From assembly GCA_965637545.1 (NCBI GenBank), contig OZ281497.1, positions 6,138,001 through 6,202,000 of the forward strand: a stretch of 64,000 nucleotides of DNA, given 5' to 3'. Positions within the stretch are counted from its first letter, which is position 1; every line of letters begins with the position of its first letter. This document shows, piece by piece, positions 11,515 through 34,692 of this stretch. The notes under the pieces are model-generated. The model was given only the letters and a program-made list of their open reading frames with translations. It made no database searches and was not told the DNA's origin. The DNA is from Phallusia mammillata (lineage: Eukaryota). Position numbers and translations under genes: made by a program.

Positions 11515-14500
11515 ATGAAAATGTACTGTCTGCTATTCGGCCTGATTTGTATCCACAGTGTTTGCGGTAAGTATGTTTGGGTTATATATGACCACAAGAA
11601 TATTATTCAAATCACAGTACTTGTTTTTTGTTTACAATTCTCAAAGATATTTAGATCTTTCAATCTTTTATATTGTCCTTGACTTCGTTACACGACCACG
11701 TAGTGCTTGTTGTAAATTAAAAATACGATTTGAAAAAAAAAAGAAATTGAAATAGTTAAGACTCGAAATGAAATTGAATTAGTTAAGTCGATTTAAAAAA
11801 AAATTGAAATAGTAATGTGTATAAACTGTGAAAGATTGCACTGTAACTTAACTTTTGTGCTTACCGCAGGTGTCACTTTTCAACAGTTGAATTGTGGACA
11901 ACCGGCAATTTCTCCACTTTCGATATCAAAAGTGAGTTTTCTTATTTTGTGAGAACTTCTAATCAAGTGAGCGTAAAAGAAATAATTTGTAAGACAATTA
12001 AGACAATTAAAATAGACTTTTATTTTGTAAAGCTTAACTTTTTAGTATGTCAGCTTCCATTTCGTTTTTTTTTAATCAAGGGTGTACGCATTATTGGCGG
12101 CAGCGAAGCAACACCTGGCTCTTGGCCTTGGCAAGTTCGTTTGATTCTAGACTTCGGGGCCGGCGGACAAATTCTTTGTGGTGGCTCTATTTTAAATGAG
12201 AACTGGATTGTGACCGCTGCGCAGTGCGTGCTGAACGAACCGTAAGTTTAATAAATGCAATTTCGGAAATAAAAGTTCGTGTGTCTGGTTTGTTAAAATA
12301 ACATTGCGTCAGGCTTTATTAACTTATGTTTTAACATGTTACATCTTTTGTACCTGTTAAAAAACGTTTTGCTTTGAAATATCCATTCTGAATTTAAGTG
12401 AAAGATGTAAGTTAAATCTTCTTAGATACACAATACAAAGCGTTGAAGTGCAAATTGGTTTACACAACGTTGGAGACACAATCGGAATTCAAAATGCATC
12501 TGTAGCCACAGTTAGATACCATTCGAACTACGACAGGTATGTTAATGAAACTTTAAAGATGCAAAATATTTTTTGCTTGATTTAATTAAATCTAATATTA
12601 TGGTTTGCAAATCTGAAGCAATTTATTCATAAACGACATTGCGGTATTGGAACTCCGTTCTCCACTGTCGTTTACATCAACCGTGAGCCCAATATGTCTA
12701 CCCGAAGACACAGTTATTGTTACAAGCACATCTACATGTTTTGCGACGGGTTGGGGCCGTACAGGTAGGTTACGTTACTTGGCTGATAAAACAAGTTGCT
12801 TCCCCCAGTTTGCAAACGCAAAAGACATCTCCCAAAAAACTATACAAACAAAAAGGGTTTTATCAAAAATAGCGGGTTGTACAAAAAATGTAAGCCAAAA
12901 AACGTTGTTTATTTATTGACAGCCGATATTTTTACCATTACGGTTTGCATTTACAAATACTTAATGCATTTGGCACTTACTTCATACATTTGGCACTAAG
13001 TTTTTTATGACGGGGTTCGAACCCATGACAGTTCCGGGGACGAATCCCGATTAAGGTTTTTTCTGCCTTCCAAGCCCCTCAATTTGAGCCTTTGTTTGGA
13101 ATAATACTATTTGGGGACACAACCTAGTGTTAGTAATCATGCTTATTATAATAGTAATTATTAGCGATTTACAAAACCTGTATAAATTATAACTAAAAAC
13201 AAGTGTATTTGTTGCAAAGTTCCTGAAGGAAACTTCTCCAATGTTCTACAAGAAGTACAACTAAATGTCATATCTAATACTGTTTGTGGCCTTCAATACA
13301 CAAACATTGACGGTACGCACATCTGTGCAGGTGGCAGCGGCAGGTCGACTTGCAATGTAAGTTTTTCTATTATAGCTTAACTGGCACTCTAAAGGTCGGA
13401 TCATTTATTAGCGTAAATAAAAAAAATGTGCCATCAACTAATATTGTTACTCCCGGCTTCATTTAGATTTGGCTGTAAATCTGTCTAATGATAACATTTA
13501 TTAGATTTCTGCATGGTTATTTTGACAGGGTGACGGCGGTGGGCCTTTGGCTTGTTATATAAGTGAACGGTGGTACTTGATGGGAATTGCATCGTTTGGT
13601 AAAGAGCTCTGTAACACAGTTGGTGATACGGCAAGTGTCTTTACAAGAACATCGGAATACGTTGGATGGATTAATCAAGGTAAGCAAGGAAACAAGATTT
13701 TAAGTTGTGTGGAATTCTGACAAGTATGACTTGTGGAAACGAGTCTCGTAAAACATTTGCTTTCCTACTGTTATTACCCAGCCGTGCGCAAGTTCCTATA
13801 TGAAACACTTGTTAAAAGTTTGCAATCTCAAATACTCATCCCCTCCTAATGTAGAAAGATGACAAATGTTTCTCTTTATCTTTGTTTATTACTACGAGCC
13901 ACATTCCATTTCACTGTTAGAACTCATATAAAGCACTTCTAACCCAATTTCCTGCCTATTTATCATCTCTTAAGTATGTCTACGTCTAGAAAAAAATGTT
14001 GATACGCTTTGAAAGCTACAAATATCACCATTGGTTGCTTTGCTTGTCAAACAAATTTAATGTTTTTAGCGATCGGCGATACTACAACAACGTCAACGAC
14101 CAGTACCAGCAGCACCAACCGTGAGTTATTATGTTCGTTATAAATATTCTGTAAAACGCTAATCTTTGATCAAAAACCTGAACATAATGACTGGGTTATG
14201 CAGAGTAGGGCAGAAAAATGAGGATTTTTCTAATTAGTTAATCATGCGAGTTTGAGATATTGATCACCTAAACCGTTTTGTATTCCTACGGCTGTTGTTA
14301 CTCTGGTTCAAAAAAGGTACAATGTCTGAGTGAAAAACTCACACATTCCTAAGACCCCAGTCCAGTGGTTCTTAACCTTTTTGTAGTCACGGACCCCTTT
14401 TATGAATTTTGTAAGTCTGCGGACCCCCAACGCCTTTTACCATAAGTCTTTTTATGTTTCACGTTTCTTGCATTATACCCTGTCATGCTTTTGAAGCATT

Positions 14501-15542
14501 TAAATCCACCTTCACAGTCCTTTAAAATCAATGACGTTTCTGTATTGTAGTGGCCAACGCATCGAATTGGTAATATTTCTGGTATATATAACTTCACAGA
14601 TCACTTGTCCTATAAAGTCTATTGTCAATGTGTGTTATGATGTCACAATAGGGAAGACAATCACAAAAAGTAATTGTTCCTGGCATAATTAAGGTGTAAT
14701 AAACAGCGTGCACTCGTATGCAGGATTGTAAAAACGGTTGAGAATCTTATAAATATTCTTTTGTTGGTTAATGATACTTAACATATTTCCCTCCGTGGAC
14801 CCCCTAAAACCATCTCACGGACCCCTTGGGGGTCCGCGAACCCCAGGTTAAGAACCACTGCCCTAGTCATTTTATGTAGACCTAGAACAAGAACCTCTTA
14901 AAACCCCAGAATTGGGTCTCACCTTCTGCATTGGCCTTTTACGAAAATATTATGTGAGAGCTGTCGCATAAATCAGGGGTCGACAACCTTTTTTTCCTCT
15001 GCGGACCGTTTTTGAAAGTAAAATTTTATCGCGGACTCGTCCTCAAAAAACAGTATTTAGTAATAAAAACGCTTAAATTAGTCTATCATCCCATAGGCAA
15101 AATGTTTGTAGTATTTACCCTGAAAAATTGTACGGCCCGGTAACGAAATCAATCCTCGCGGACCGGCAGTTGCCGACCACTGACATAAATAATATCTTTT
15201 GACAAATTGATTTGAAAACCAATTATTTAAACTCATATTTTTTGCCATCAAATACCACACCAAACGTATTTAGCACATTGATTGTTTTGAACTATAACCT
15301 TAAACACACAAAACCAATAAACTTGACACCAATGCCTGTGACACCCAATACTTGACGCCTTTAGAAGTAATGTACCCTTATTAAATGTGTAAATTGTATG
15401 TGCAAGTAAGATTAGCTGATTATAATCATGTATTTTTTACGACATCACAGCTGCAACAACATCTTCGACTGGAAAACTAGCAGGCACCAAATGTCCAATG
15501 ATATTAGGCTACTTATTTGTAGCAGTAGTGTTGTTTGTTTAG
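11515..15542 (+). CDS. S1 serine protease homologue, copy 2, inactive (His57->Gln, Ser195->Gly)
   Basis: Same 9 exons as copy 1 at +6409 (last exon +6397). CAG replaces the His codon at 12222-12224 and GGC replaces the Ser codon at 13535-13537. Confidence 0.88.
14363..14860. mobile_element. hAT MITE, duplicate of 7954-8463
   Basis: Same TIRs and TSD; shorter because it lacks the poly-T run. Confidence 0.9.
14974..15182. mobile_element. hAT MITE, duplicate of 8577-8785
   Basis: Same ends and TSD. Confidence 0.85.
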
Positions 15543-17911
15543 CTATGAGAAATTGCTTATCCATGGTGTTTCTATTTCTAAATTAGTCTTCAAACATGTT
15601 AAGTCTTATTATTTCAAAATGGCCGGATATAAATGCGCTGTCATGTCTGCGTTGTGATTAGTTTGCAGATAATTTTGCATAAAATTTATTTATATTTTTA
15701 GCTTTATTTTCCTTGACGACTTGTAGCTACGTCGAATTTAAGTAACTCTAGTAATTTTAGCATAGTATTTGCTCGTTGCATTTAATGAATAGTTAGTTTT
15801 GATGTAGATAGTTTTTAGTGTTGATGTAAATATTCATCCATTTTTCGAGCATTGATGGTTTTACTGTTTATTGACGCGTTGTGAAGTAAAATTTAGTATG
15901 ATTATAAAACTAAATTTAGTCGCTTGTTAGTCCAGCTTTTTCTAATACTTTTGGTGTTATTTTTGCGTATTATTTTTTTATTTTATAGAAATATTTGTAA
16001 CAAAATTTGTTTTGTAGAGTGTTGATGGACAAATAAAATAATTCAATTAATTAAGACTTGAAAAGGAGTTATGCTCAAGGGTTTACTCGATTTGGTATAG
16101 TTTTTAGCAAAATATGGTATAAAAGGTGTCATAAAAGCTTAGAATTTAAAAAACGAAAGTATGAATCGGTTCTGCCTGTTTAATAATATTTCATGTTAAG
16201 TTCTCCTTTTTTGTATCCAGCATAAAGTTTATAAAGACTAAAATTTGTCAATATTTTGAAGTTATCGTATCTAAGGGTAGAGGAACCGACTTGGAATGAC
16301 CCAGGACAAAAATTCGTGAAATTGCGGTATGTGGCGCAAACAGCAAGTTGTGGGGCAACATAATTTTTTTTAAAAAAAACATGTAGTAGTGTGGCAAATA
16401 ATGCTCAATGACATTGCGACAACAAATCAAACCCTATATGTTATAACTGCAAACAACCACCTTTGTATAATTTGACTAAAGTATCCAACTTGCTTTAGAC
16501 GCAAAATCGAGCCATTTAAGTGACGTTAAATAATCACTTGCGCTTAAGCTAAAGGCTTGGTTTGGCTGCTACAGTGTCTTGTTCCCAAAAAGCCTTCTGG
16601 CCGGAGCCATTTTGCCTTATGACGCAATTTATGACAAGAAGGATGCTAATCGGTTCCACAAGAAATAGTAGAAATGTTTTATCTGAATAACTTTTAGGTG
16701 ATTTCCTGGTTAGAACCAATCTTGATTAATGTGCCTTTCAGAGTTTTGTTGATAAATGTAAACTTGCAACACATAGATGGAAGACATATCAAACGCATTA
16801 AAATAATAGCATCGGTTAAAATATCAGATGCTATTTGATGTTTAAATTTTCTTTAACTTGTTTAAAGGTTTTAATTTAAGTGTTGAGTCACAAGCTGTGG
16901 ACACAAGTTTGGATTAATGAAGTAAGGGTTATTTCATTCTGCTGTTATGCTTGCTTATTACATTCTTAACAATACTTTTGTACTTCAGTTAATTTGGATA
17001 ATAGTTCCAGTAACCACGGACAAGTCCCCATGGTCATCACAAAAAGTTACATATCATCCATACGTATGGACAGATGTAACAAGGTAGGTACTTTTCACTT
17101 GAGCGCCACAAAGGGTGGTTTTAAGCCAGATGTTTCTGTTTAGTCTGGTAGGGTCACTCTCAACAGGTTGGTCGTGTGGTTGTGTAAATTTCAGGTCACT
17201 TATGTCAGTAGATTCGATAGCGTCTGAAGTTTGTAAATGCCAATTGGGATAAAGTTATTGATCCATTGTCCATCTTCAAACAAATTCAAATTAGATTCTA
17301 AGTAATTTCCACTCTTGCAAAAATGCTGTAGTATTAGATATGCATAAAATCATCTACACATTTTGAATGTTTGCACCAGCTACTATTCTTGGCTTGTGTT
17401 AACGCTCCCAATATTTTGACTTGTCTTTATGCTCCCAATGCAGAAACTTTCACTAATAGTCCAAAAGATACGAACTAACAATCTTGGGGTCTTACGTTTG
17501 TCCAACTTTACAGTAATCGCGTAACCTTTTTTTGTGGAGTCTGAAAATTGTGATTGCGATTTGGTTCGACAGTTAATTAAATTTACGCTTCAGTGAATTC
17601 AATGCCTGGCGTCACGTATTGCGCATCAGTTGCCAAACCGATTCGCCAATGTCAACAAGGTTATTGTTGAAATTTCCACCAATGTTTTTTCTATTTAGAG
17701 AACAATGCAGCGAGATACGGGTTTCATGTTTTTCTAGCATTGAATTATTTTTGTATTGTTCGCTCAAAGCTTTTTTACACCTTGCGACATCATTGTCCAA
17801 CCTCGTCATATGTATTGCACAACCAACCTCGTACACAACAGCAGAGGGTGGACTTTTTAGTCGTTCACTTTTCAGGGTTTCTGTCACAGATAAAAGGACG
17901 TTTAACGATAA

Positions 17912-22011
<4,100 letters not shown>

Positions 22012-24140
22012 TCATGAGAAATTGCTTATCCATTGTGTTCCTATTTCTAAATTAGTCTTCAAACATGTTAAGTCTTATTATTTCAAAATGTCGGGATATA
22101 AATGCCCAGTCATGTCAGCGTTGTGATTAATTTGCAGATAATTTTGAATAAAATTTATTTCTATTTTTAGCTTTATTTTCCTTGACGACTTGTAGCTACG
22201 TCGAATTTAAGTAACTCTCGCAATTTTAGCATTGTATTTGCTCGTTGCACTTAATGAATAGTTAGATTTGATGTAAATAATATTTAGTGTTGATGTCAAT
22301 ATTCATCCATTTTTCGAGCATTGATGGTTTACTGTTTATTGGGATTTTGTGAAGTAAAATTTAGTACGATTATAAAACTAAAATGAGTCGCTTGTTAGTC
22401 CAGCTATTTCTAATACTTTTGTCATTTTGTGTTATTTTTGCGTATTATGTGAGAGTGATAATTTGCACCTTTTTTTTATATTATCAAAATATTTGTAACA
22501 AAATTTGTTTTGTAGAGAGTTGATGGACAAATAAAATAATTCATTTAATTAAGACTTGAAAAGAAGTTATGTTCGAGGCTTTACTCGATTTGGTATAGTT
22601 TCTCAGCAAAATATGGTATAAAAGGTGTCATAAAAGCTTAGAATTTAAAAAACGAAAGTATGAATCGGTTCTGTCTGTTAAATAATATTTTCATGTTAAG
22701 TTCTACTTTTTTGTATTTGTATCCATCATAAAGTTTATAAAGACTAAAATTGGTCAATATTTTGAGGTTATCGTATCATAGGGTAGAGCTACTGAAACGA
22801 GAGGACAAAAAACATGTAGTAGTGTGGCACATGTAAATAATGCTCAATGACATTGCGACAACAAGTTTCAAAAACCAAACCCTATAAGTTATAACTGGAA
22901 ACAACCACCTTTGTATAAATTGACTAAAGTGATAAACTTGCTTTAGACGTAAAAATCGAGCCATTTAAGTGACGTTAAATAATAATCACTTGCGCTTAAG
23001 CTAAGGCTTAGTTTGGCTGCTAAAGTGCCTTGTTCCCGAAAAGCCTTCTGGCCGGAGCCGTTTTGCCTTATGACGTTGTTTTCAGTCAAAGCATCAAGGC
23101 AGCGAAATAAATTAATAGTTCATTTCAGTTTGAGGCAAATGTTTGAAATTTTAAAAGGAAAAGAAGGTTTGACCAATGTTAATGCCATCATCAGTTTCTT
23201 TTGTCCAGTGTTAATTAATGGTTCAGTTTCCCGAATAGTAAAAGATTGACTGGTAAACTATACCTATACGTAGGTGTTGTGAGGTAAAACGCAGTGATCG
23301 GCACTGGGCTTGAATAACAATACTATGTAGAGTAGAATATTAGACCGTTTCAAAAAAAAACAGATAAAAAGCATAAATCTTTTTTTATATATAACAGAAA
23401 TATACATTTCGCCTTAATAAACAGGCATCGTCAGTTTCTGCAAAAAAAGCAAACATGTGGTGGACTGTCGATAGGAAGTGGTAAAAATAAAATAGTTTAA
23501 ACACCTAAAATCATATCTCTACAAATTAAACAACTGCGAAGCACAGAGGCAAACCACGACTAGCGAGTGGCAACAAGCGACACAAGAAAAAGGAGACGTG
23601 ACACAACTGATAAGCCACAATTGCAATTGTTTCAAAATAAACAAGCATTTGTTGCAACATAGGCTACACCACGTCTTTTTGTCAACAAATTCTTGCGCCA
23701 ACATTAAACAAAGCGAGCCGCTTTTAGTATCCATTTTTAGGTGTTGTGCTGGTCTGTGTTAACGATTCTAAAGCCGTGTTTAATGTCCGTGCAAAGTATT
23801 TGCAACGACCGAAACTTGATCCAATGTGAACAAAGTTTTGGCGTCAACAGTGCAAAGTGGGCTGTGATTAAAAACGTGACTCGCTTTTACTTTTATTTAC
23901 CTTTATCGAACGAAGAAATTGTGTCAAGTGACGATTTGCAAAATAACGTGGCAGAAACAACAGACTAAAGCACGTAAAAAGTATCTGTGTTTAGTTCCTA
24001 AGTAAGTATGGTACGGGTACAGATACTGCACATGGTAAAAGTATCGGCAATTCGCACCCCCTTTTTTGTTAAAACTCTGCGGCTGTGCTCATAATACTAT
24101 TCAACATTACTAACATTCTCTTTAAAATGTACTAACATTT

Positions 24141-24206
24141 GGCGGGCCGCATGAACTCCTTTGCCGGGCCGCATGCGGCCCGCGGGCCGTAGTTTGCCCA
24201 CCCCTG
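24141..24206. mobile_element. Truncated hAT MITE (one end only)
   Basis: GGCCCGCGGGCCGTAGTTTGCCCACCCCTG followed by CTCTAGAG (nnnTAnnn); no matching left end was found. Confidence 0.65.
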
Positions 24207-24652
24207 CTCTAGAGATTAACAACTAACATTTTGATCCTCTTTCAATGTATCATGTGTAATCATCTATAGTTCATCACCAAATTCCGTGGACCACCCAAAA
24301 AGTCATCATGGTCATGGACCACTAGTGTGGAGTACACAACAAACCGTACTCACGATAAACCTCAGTATCGAAATGTGAGAAATAGTCAATTACAGAGTAC
24401 GGAAAATAGTCACTTGACAATTAATTCTTTTGGTGGTTGTTTCTATTGAGCCTACACAAGTGCCCTTGATTTCATTTATAGAACTGATCAGATCAGCAAG
24501 AGGATTGACTCCAATTAAGCACAGATGCACATCAAGGCATTGATCGATATTAACAAACTTATTAGACTTAGAGTAAAATAAAGACAAATGAAAAATCACG
24601 GTTTAGGGGGTTGCAACACCATGGAAAGAGGTAAGCCCAATTTAAAAGTGGA

Positions 24653-25040
24653 TACCGTATATACTCGCCGATAGGTCGCGCCACCGTATAGGTCGCACTA
24701 TTAGTTTTGTGTTAAAAAAGTTTAATTTAGAGTTGACTCGCACATAAGTCGCACTGAAAATCTAGGGATTTAAAAGCCCCTTTCCCTAGCTTTTTTGCAT
24801 AGATAACTTCCTATTTTTTTTGTAGGGCTTAATATAATCAAAATATGTTTACATTTTTTCTCAACAAAGCGGGAAAATCCAACGCACGCTGAGCGGTCGC
24901 ACGAGCGCATGCACCCGTATTCGATAGAACCACAGTGGCAATAGCACATTTCCACTACAATTCGCGTCTATAACGCCCACCCTTAATTTTTTACAGAAAA
25001 TTAGCATAACATTTTGCGCGTTATACTCGAAACGTTACAT
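24653..25040. mobile_element. Degenerate Tc1/pogo-like MITE
   Basis: Starts TA-CCGTATATACTCG, contains repeated TAGGTCGCA / TAAGTCGCA motifs, and has a degenerate end GCGTTATACTCG. Confidence 0.45.
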
Positions 25041-26498
25041 CCGCCCAAAAAGACCTGAAGCAAAATGGCGACTGTCAAAAGTCTCGTTTGGAGACAAGGC
25101 ACTTCAGCAGCTAATCAATAGCGCTGCCTTAAGCATGTGATTGTTTGACGTTAGCTGAATGCCAGACTCGTTTGTTACGTTTATAGTAAATATTGTATGG
25201 ATGTTTGCTGTGTAACTTATGGCAATAAGCATGTTAATCGGTTTCACAAGCAAATTGTGGAAATGTTTTCTTTAAGTGAATTTTAGGTGATTTCCTGGTT
25301 TGAACAAATCTTGATTAATGTGCCTATTAGATTTTTGCTAAGCAATGTAAACTTGCAAAACTAACATGAAAGACATATCAAACGCAAATAATCTCATAGC
25401 GTCGGTAAAAAAATCCTGAAGCAATATTTAGAAGAGCTCTGTTGTGCAGATACGTTTTGATGTTTAAATGTTACTTTACTTGTTTCAAGGCTTCAAGTGG
25501 ACTGTAACAGGCTATGGACACAACTTTGAATTAATGAAGTAAGAATCATTTCATTCTGCTGTTATACTTGCTTCTTACATTCTTAGCAACACTTTTGTAC
25601 TTCAGTTAATTTGGATAATAGATCCAGTAACTAAGAACAAAAGTCCAAGGTCACCAGAAAAAGATACACATCGTCAAGAGGCATGTACAGAAATAACAAG
25701 GTTACTTTTCACTTGAGGCCCCAAAGGGTGGTTTTGAAGCAGATGTTCCTGTTAAGTCTGGTGGGGTCACTCTCAACAGGTTAAATGTTTGGTTGTGTAA
25801 ATTTCAGGTCATTTATATCAGTAAATTCGATAGCGGTATGAAGTTTGTAAATGCCAATTGAGATAAAGTTATCAATCCATTGTCAATCGTCAAACAACTG
25901 CAAATTTGATTCCAAGTAATTTCCACTCTCGCAGAAGTACTGTAGTATCAGATATGCATAAAATCATCTTTACATTTTGAATGTTTGCACCAACTATTCT
26001 TGCCTTGAGTTCATGCTCCCAATATGTCAATATTTGTGACTTGTCTTTATGCTCTAAATGCAAAAACTTACACCAATAGTCCAAAAGATACAAAATAACA
26101 ATCCTGGGGCCTTACGTTTGTCCAACTTTACAGTAAACGCGAAACCTTTTTTTGCGAGTCTAAAAAACTTGATTGAGATTTGTTTCGGCAGTTAATTAAT
26201 TGTATGCTTTAGCGAATCAATGCGTGGCGTCACATATTGCGCAACAGAGTTGTTGAATTTTCGCCAAAGTGTTTTCTATTCATAGAACAATACTATTCAG
26301 CGAGACACGGGTTTCATGTTTCTAGCATTGAATTACTTCTGCATTGTTCGGTCAAAGCTATTTACACCTTGCGACATCATTGCCCAATCTCGTCCTATGT
26401 ATTGCACAACTAACCTCGTACACAACAGCAGGGGATAGACTTTTTATTCGTTCACTTTTCAGGGTTTCTGTCACAGATAAGAGGACGTTTAACGATAA

Positions 26499-30223
<3,725 letters not shown>

Positions 30224-31582
30224 GAAATTGCTTAATCATTGTGTTTCTATTTCTAAGTTAGTCCTTAAACATGTAAAAACTTTAATTATTCTAAAATGGC
30301 GGGATATAAATGCCCTGTCATGTCTGTGTTGTGATTAACTTACAGATAATTTTGAATAAAATTTATTTCTATTCTTAGCTTTGTTTTCCTTGACGACTTG
30401 TAGCTACGTCGAATTTAAGTAACTCTAGCAATTTTTGCATCGTATTTGCTCGTTATACTTAATCAATGTTTAGTTTTGATGTAAACAATATTTAATTTTA
30501 ATGTAAATAATATTTAGTTTTGATATTTAGTTTTCATTTTTCGAGTATTGATTGTTTAATTTTTATCTGCGTTTTGTGAAGTAAAAATCACTACGATTAT
30601 AAAACTAAAATTAGTCGCTTGTTAGTCAAGATCTTTCTAATACTTTTGATGTTATGTTTGCGTATTATAAGAAAGTGTTAATGTATTATAAGAGTAGTTC
30701 TTTTCAAGTTCTCTTATCGGCGTCCAAAATACTTGAACATTTAAAAATCAACCCCTGCAAACGGAAATACTGTCATAGTAAAAACGAAAGCCACTGCTGT
30801 CGAATAACTCTGTTCTTACGAAAATTCAGTGTGAAAAGCAACTAAATCTGTCGCTATATTTTATTTGTTTCATCTGTTCTTACGAATCACTATATTGTGT
30901 TTGACTATTGTATGAGCCTACTTTGACAGGAAAAAGGTTGACGCAAGTGAATTCCCGTAATTCAGCAACAGAGAAAAAAAATCACGTTTATCGACAGCAA
31001 AATTGTACGAGCGTTCTACGCAAACATGAGATCGCGTTGTCAATACACATATATTATAGATTGGTACAGACATACTAATTCTAGGAACACATGCCGCTAT
31101 TTAGGCTGACGCAATTAAGTGAAGTTGTTGTTTAGGTCAGAGGTATTACTAGTTTGTCGGTATTAGAAACTTCAACAAAGGCCTGAAATGTGCGAGAAAT
31201 AGGTTGGCGTCGTTTCATGCCTGCACTAAATGTTTGATGATAAAATTACTTTCATTGTTTTTACTGAATGTCTTTGCGTAATTTTACTAAACATGCAATG
31301 ACTGATTGGTAATGGGGTTATGGCTAAATCCACAAGCGCATACACCTGCCTCAATTTGTTTGCGCGCATCCATAAGATGAACCATTGATTTACATGTAAC
31401 ATAACCCATTTATAAAAAACAAAATGCAATTGTGAACAAAACTAAAAAACTTTCCCAAATTCTGGTTTTAAATTCGATTACCATGCATATTGTGGCATAC
31501 GTTATACAGCAAACATCCATACCATGTTTGTTCTCGCGTTGCAGGCAAGCTCAATCAAAAAACTTCTTTTAAACGCAACATA

Positions 31583-31730
31583 CGAGTCTGGCTTTAGGTG
31601 ACGTCAAACAATCACAGGCTTGAGGCAGCGATTTTGATTGGCTGCTAAAATTCCCAATTAAGACTTTTGACGGTGGCCATTTTGCTTCAGGTCTTCTCGT
31701 TGCAGAAATGCGTTAGGTTTGAGTTGAATT
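31583..31730 (-). repeat. Inverted copy of the ~150-bp CCAAT/CRE-bearing repeat
   Basis: The reverse complement (AACTCAAAC...GACCTGAAGCAAAATGGCC...AGCAGCCAATCAAAATCGCTGCC...TGACGTCA...GCCAGACTCG) aligns with 3621-3775 and 25045-25170. Confidence 0.7.
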
Positions 31731-32832
31731 CTATAGTTAAGACCAGTTGTCATGATTTGGTTTCTTACAAGCTCTGCATGTATCAGTAACTGTAATAACA
31801 CTTTATACTCGCGTTTGATAATTTTTTCCAGGACATCGATGCCTTACACTTACAGAAACAGGGTGCAGAATTTCCAGCTAAATAGGATGGTAAGTGTTTG
31901 TTATATTTTGCTAAATTTTTAACAGCTGCAAAAAATAGGAGAGGTTTAGTTGTGGTGTAGTTTTTCTGACTATCATGCTGTTGCCGTAGAACTACGCACT
32001 CACTGATGTTTTTTTTATATTTCGCAGACGCTGAAAGGCTGAAGTCCAGCACTTAAGGTGGAAATGTCAAGCAGTCGGTAAGTTTGTAATCAAAATTAGT
32101 TGCTTTATTGTGACTGCTGTGTTTTTCTTATGATTTGCGACATCGGTTGCTGTGGCGCGCTCTCGTGGGACAGCTCCCCAAAGCGATTTCGTTCGCCATT
32201 AACTATTTTAACGCAAGATGCGACACTTTGATTCGCTAATCTTTACAGGATTTTGTAGGGCATATGTCTCAGTTTTTGGCTAATTTCCAATGTTAAAATC
32301 GTCCGGTGCCTTTTATGCAAATTACATGAAGTTATAAGTTGTCTTGGCGCTTCTTAAGCAAACTTAATGAGGTCAACATCCTTGCAAGTACACTGTCGGT
32401 TTTATACTTTATCCAAGTCTATGCGGTCGCAGTCGTGTACTATAAAAAAGGAGTAGACCTCAATTTGATGCAACACTGTTCGCTAAAAACTAGTTTTTTC
32501 ACTAGGCAACTTGTATGTTATCGATCTCAACAAAAGAATGAAAAAACAGACTTTTAAACCTACCAGCTAAGCTAGAATAAAGACTGAGTGCCTTTAGTGT
32601 TCAAAACGTTGTGTGAAAACACATGTGCGTATTGCAGACTATAGTTTGACTTGCATCTCCAACTGTGCTTTTGGGTCGATGATGAGATTGGACTCGACCT
32701 AAAGTTCATAATAATAACTAACAAACACTTAATAACAAGACTTAATAACAATTGTTATTTTTAGCCAAAACAAACTCGGCTTGATGTTTCTGGCAAAAGA
32801 GGTCATAACCGTATCCAAGTATTTGTTTAACC

Positions 32833-33289
32833 CTGTGGTTCTTAACGTTTTTATCACCCCGAACTTCCACGAAATTTTCACGCTTTTGTCAAACCCTACT
32901 AATATATACAAGCTAATAAAAGACCAGCATTTTTAAAATATTTTGCAAATAGAGTCACAATTATAACTCAAACATAGCTCTCAGGCCATTTGTTAACTGA
33001 CGACAAATAAGCTTACAGGGCGCGAATTCAGAAAAAAAGATATAGCGTCTCATATTAGCATATGTCGCTAGCCACTGGGCAGTAAAACGGTAATTGTACA
33101 AAAAAATCAAACTAATTAGGCACTTAATCAAGTTAATGACTTTATGTTCGACAACAGTGCAGAATTACGAAAGGTCAGGTGTCGAAAAACGTTTGCTGCA
33201 CATTAGTACTTGGAAGGACCTTCGTCGAACCCCTGTTTGGGCGTTGGCAAACCTGTGGAGTTCAATCAAATCTAGGTTAAGAACCACAC
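32833..33289. mobile_element. Old hAT MITE
   Basis: Degenerate TIR CTGTGGTTCTTAAC / GTTAAGAACCACAC, related to the 7954 family; the TSD is no longer recognisable. Confidence 0.55.
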
Positions 33290-34692
33290 GTCAATTTATC
33301 GACTAAATATTAATACACTTTACAATACTGCTGTTCCAAGAATTTGCGCCAACTTATATTATTTACATTTTGTCTCCAAAAAGCACAGGTAGAATGATTA
33401 GAGACGTTTGGTTTTTCTTCAAACAAGACCCTGACGAAGCTTAAACGCAAAGTAAATATTTCCTCTTTGATATTCCGACGCACTAAGCAGAGCAAATTAC
33501 GACACCCGTCAAGGGAAATTCCACAAACCTCAAAAACACAATAGCCATTGTAGTGAAACGCATTTAACTTTTCAAGTAAATATGTGGCTAAATATTACCG
33601 AGAAAACGAGTTTCATCACGTTTGGACCTTTTTATTTTGCCTTCACCATTTAACGGCGTTGAATTACGGTCAAATATTTGAGCGACTGGGTCCTTAAAAG
33701 ACTTGGCTAAGTTGGAAGCCGCGGTAACCAAACAATATTGATACTAATTAAATCAATCGTTACCCACAATATCAAGCAGAAACAAGCGTTCTGCCATAGG
33801 CTGTTTACATTTTTTTTTATCATGTGGGTTTATGACATGCATCCAGTCTACTCGTCCCGTTTAGGCCCATCAATAAACAATGATTTATTCTATTTCATGA
33901 GAATTTTGAATTGGGTAAATTTTAGTTTTACGCAAAATTCACCAAGTTTATTGACACAAGCCACAATCTTTGTCAATCTAATAAAGAAACCTAATAGCTA
34001 TACTATATCAAAAAATACCGCAGTATTATTGCTTTTACAACAGTGGTAAACGTACCCTTAGGATGACAGCATGTTTGAATTCGGTCATGGGCCATGTGCC
34101 TTGTTTGCTGTCATATGCCCTGTATGGCTGTCATACGTTTCACTTGCTTTTGTCTAATAATGTTGTTAAATGTCATTTCTAATGCCGAAATCAGAGGTCA
34201 GCAACACTTAGACTTGCAGTTTAATAGATTTGTTAAGAAACTGATTGTGTTTAGTTTATTAGGGTGCAATAATCCTAAAATGAACGTAGGCCATAAACCT
34301 CGACATTTTTCATGTTTTGACTTTGTTTGTAGTTTGTTCTCTTCCCATGGCTTTATACTGAAACCACGGCGAGATTGACAGCTTAACCAAAGTAAAGTGA
34401 AAGTAAAACGTGAAGCAAACGTTTCTTTCTTTGACTCACAAAAGCAAGGCAAAAATCAACAGCGTTAAGGGAAAGTCCTGAAAGTAAATATTCTTTGTAC
34501 TTAACCTCGCATACAATTTTAGTTAAACATGGGACGGAAAGTTACCTAAACATAACGTTTGCGCTTTTTAATTTTTCGCTATTGTAATTTTTCGTTACAA
34601 ATACGACGACTTTGTCCTTTCAAGACATTACTTGGCTGGCGATCTGTTCTGTTATTTGACCGATTTGGTTTCCAATACTGCATTGAGGCAAA

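Noticed and set aside
23100-24100. Short ORFs between the protease blocks
   Set aside because: No motifs, splice pattern or paralogue support.
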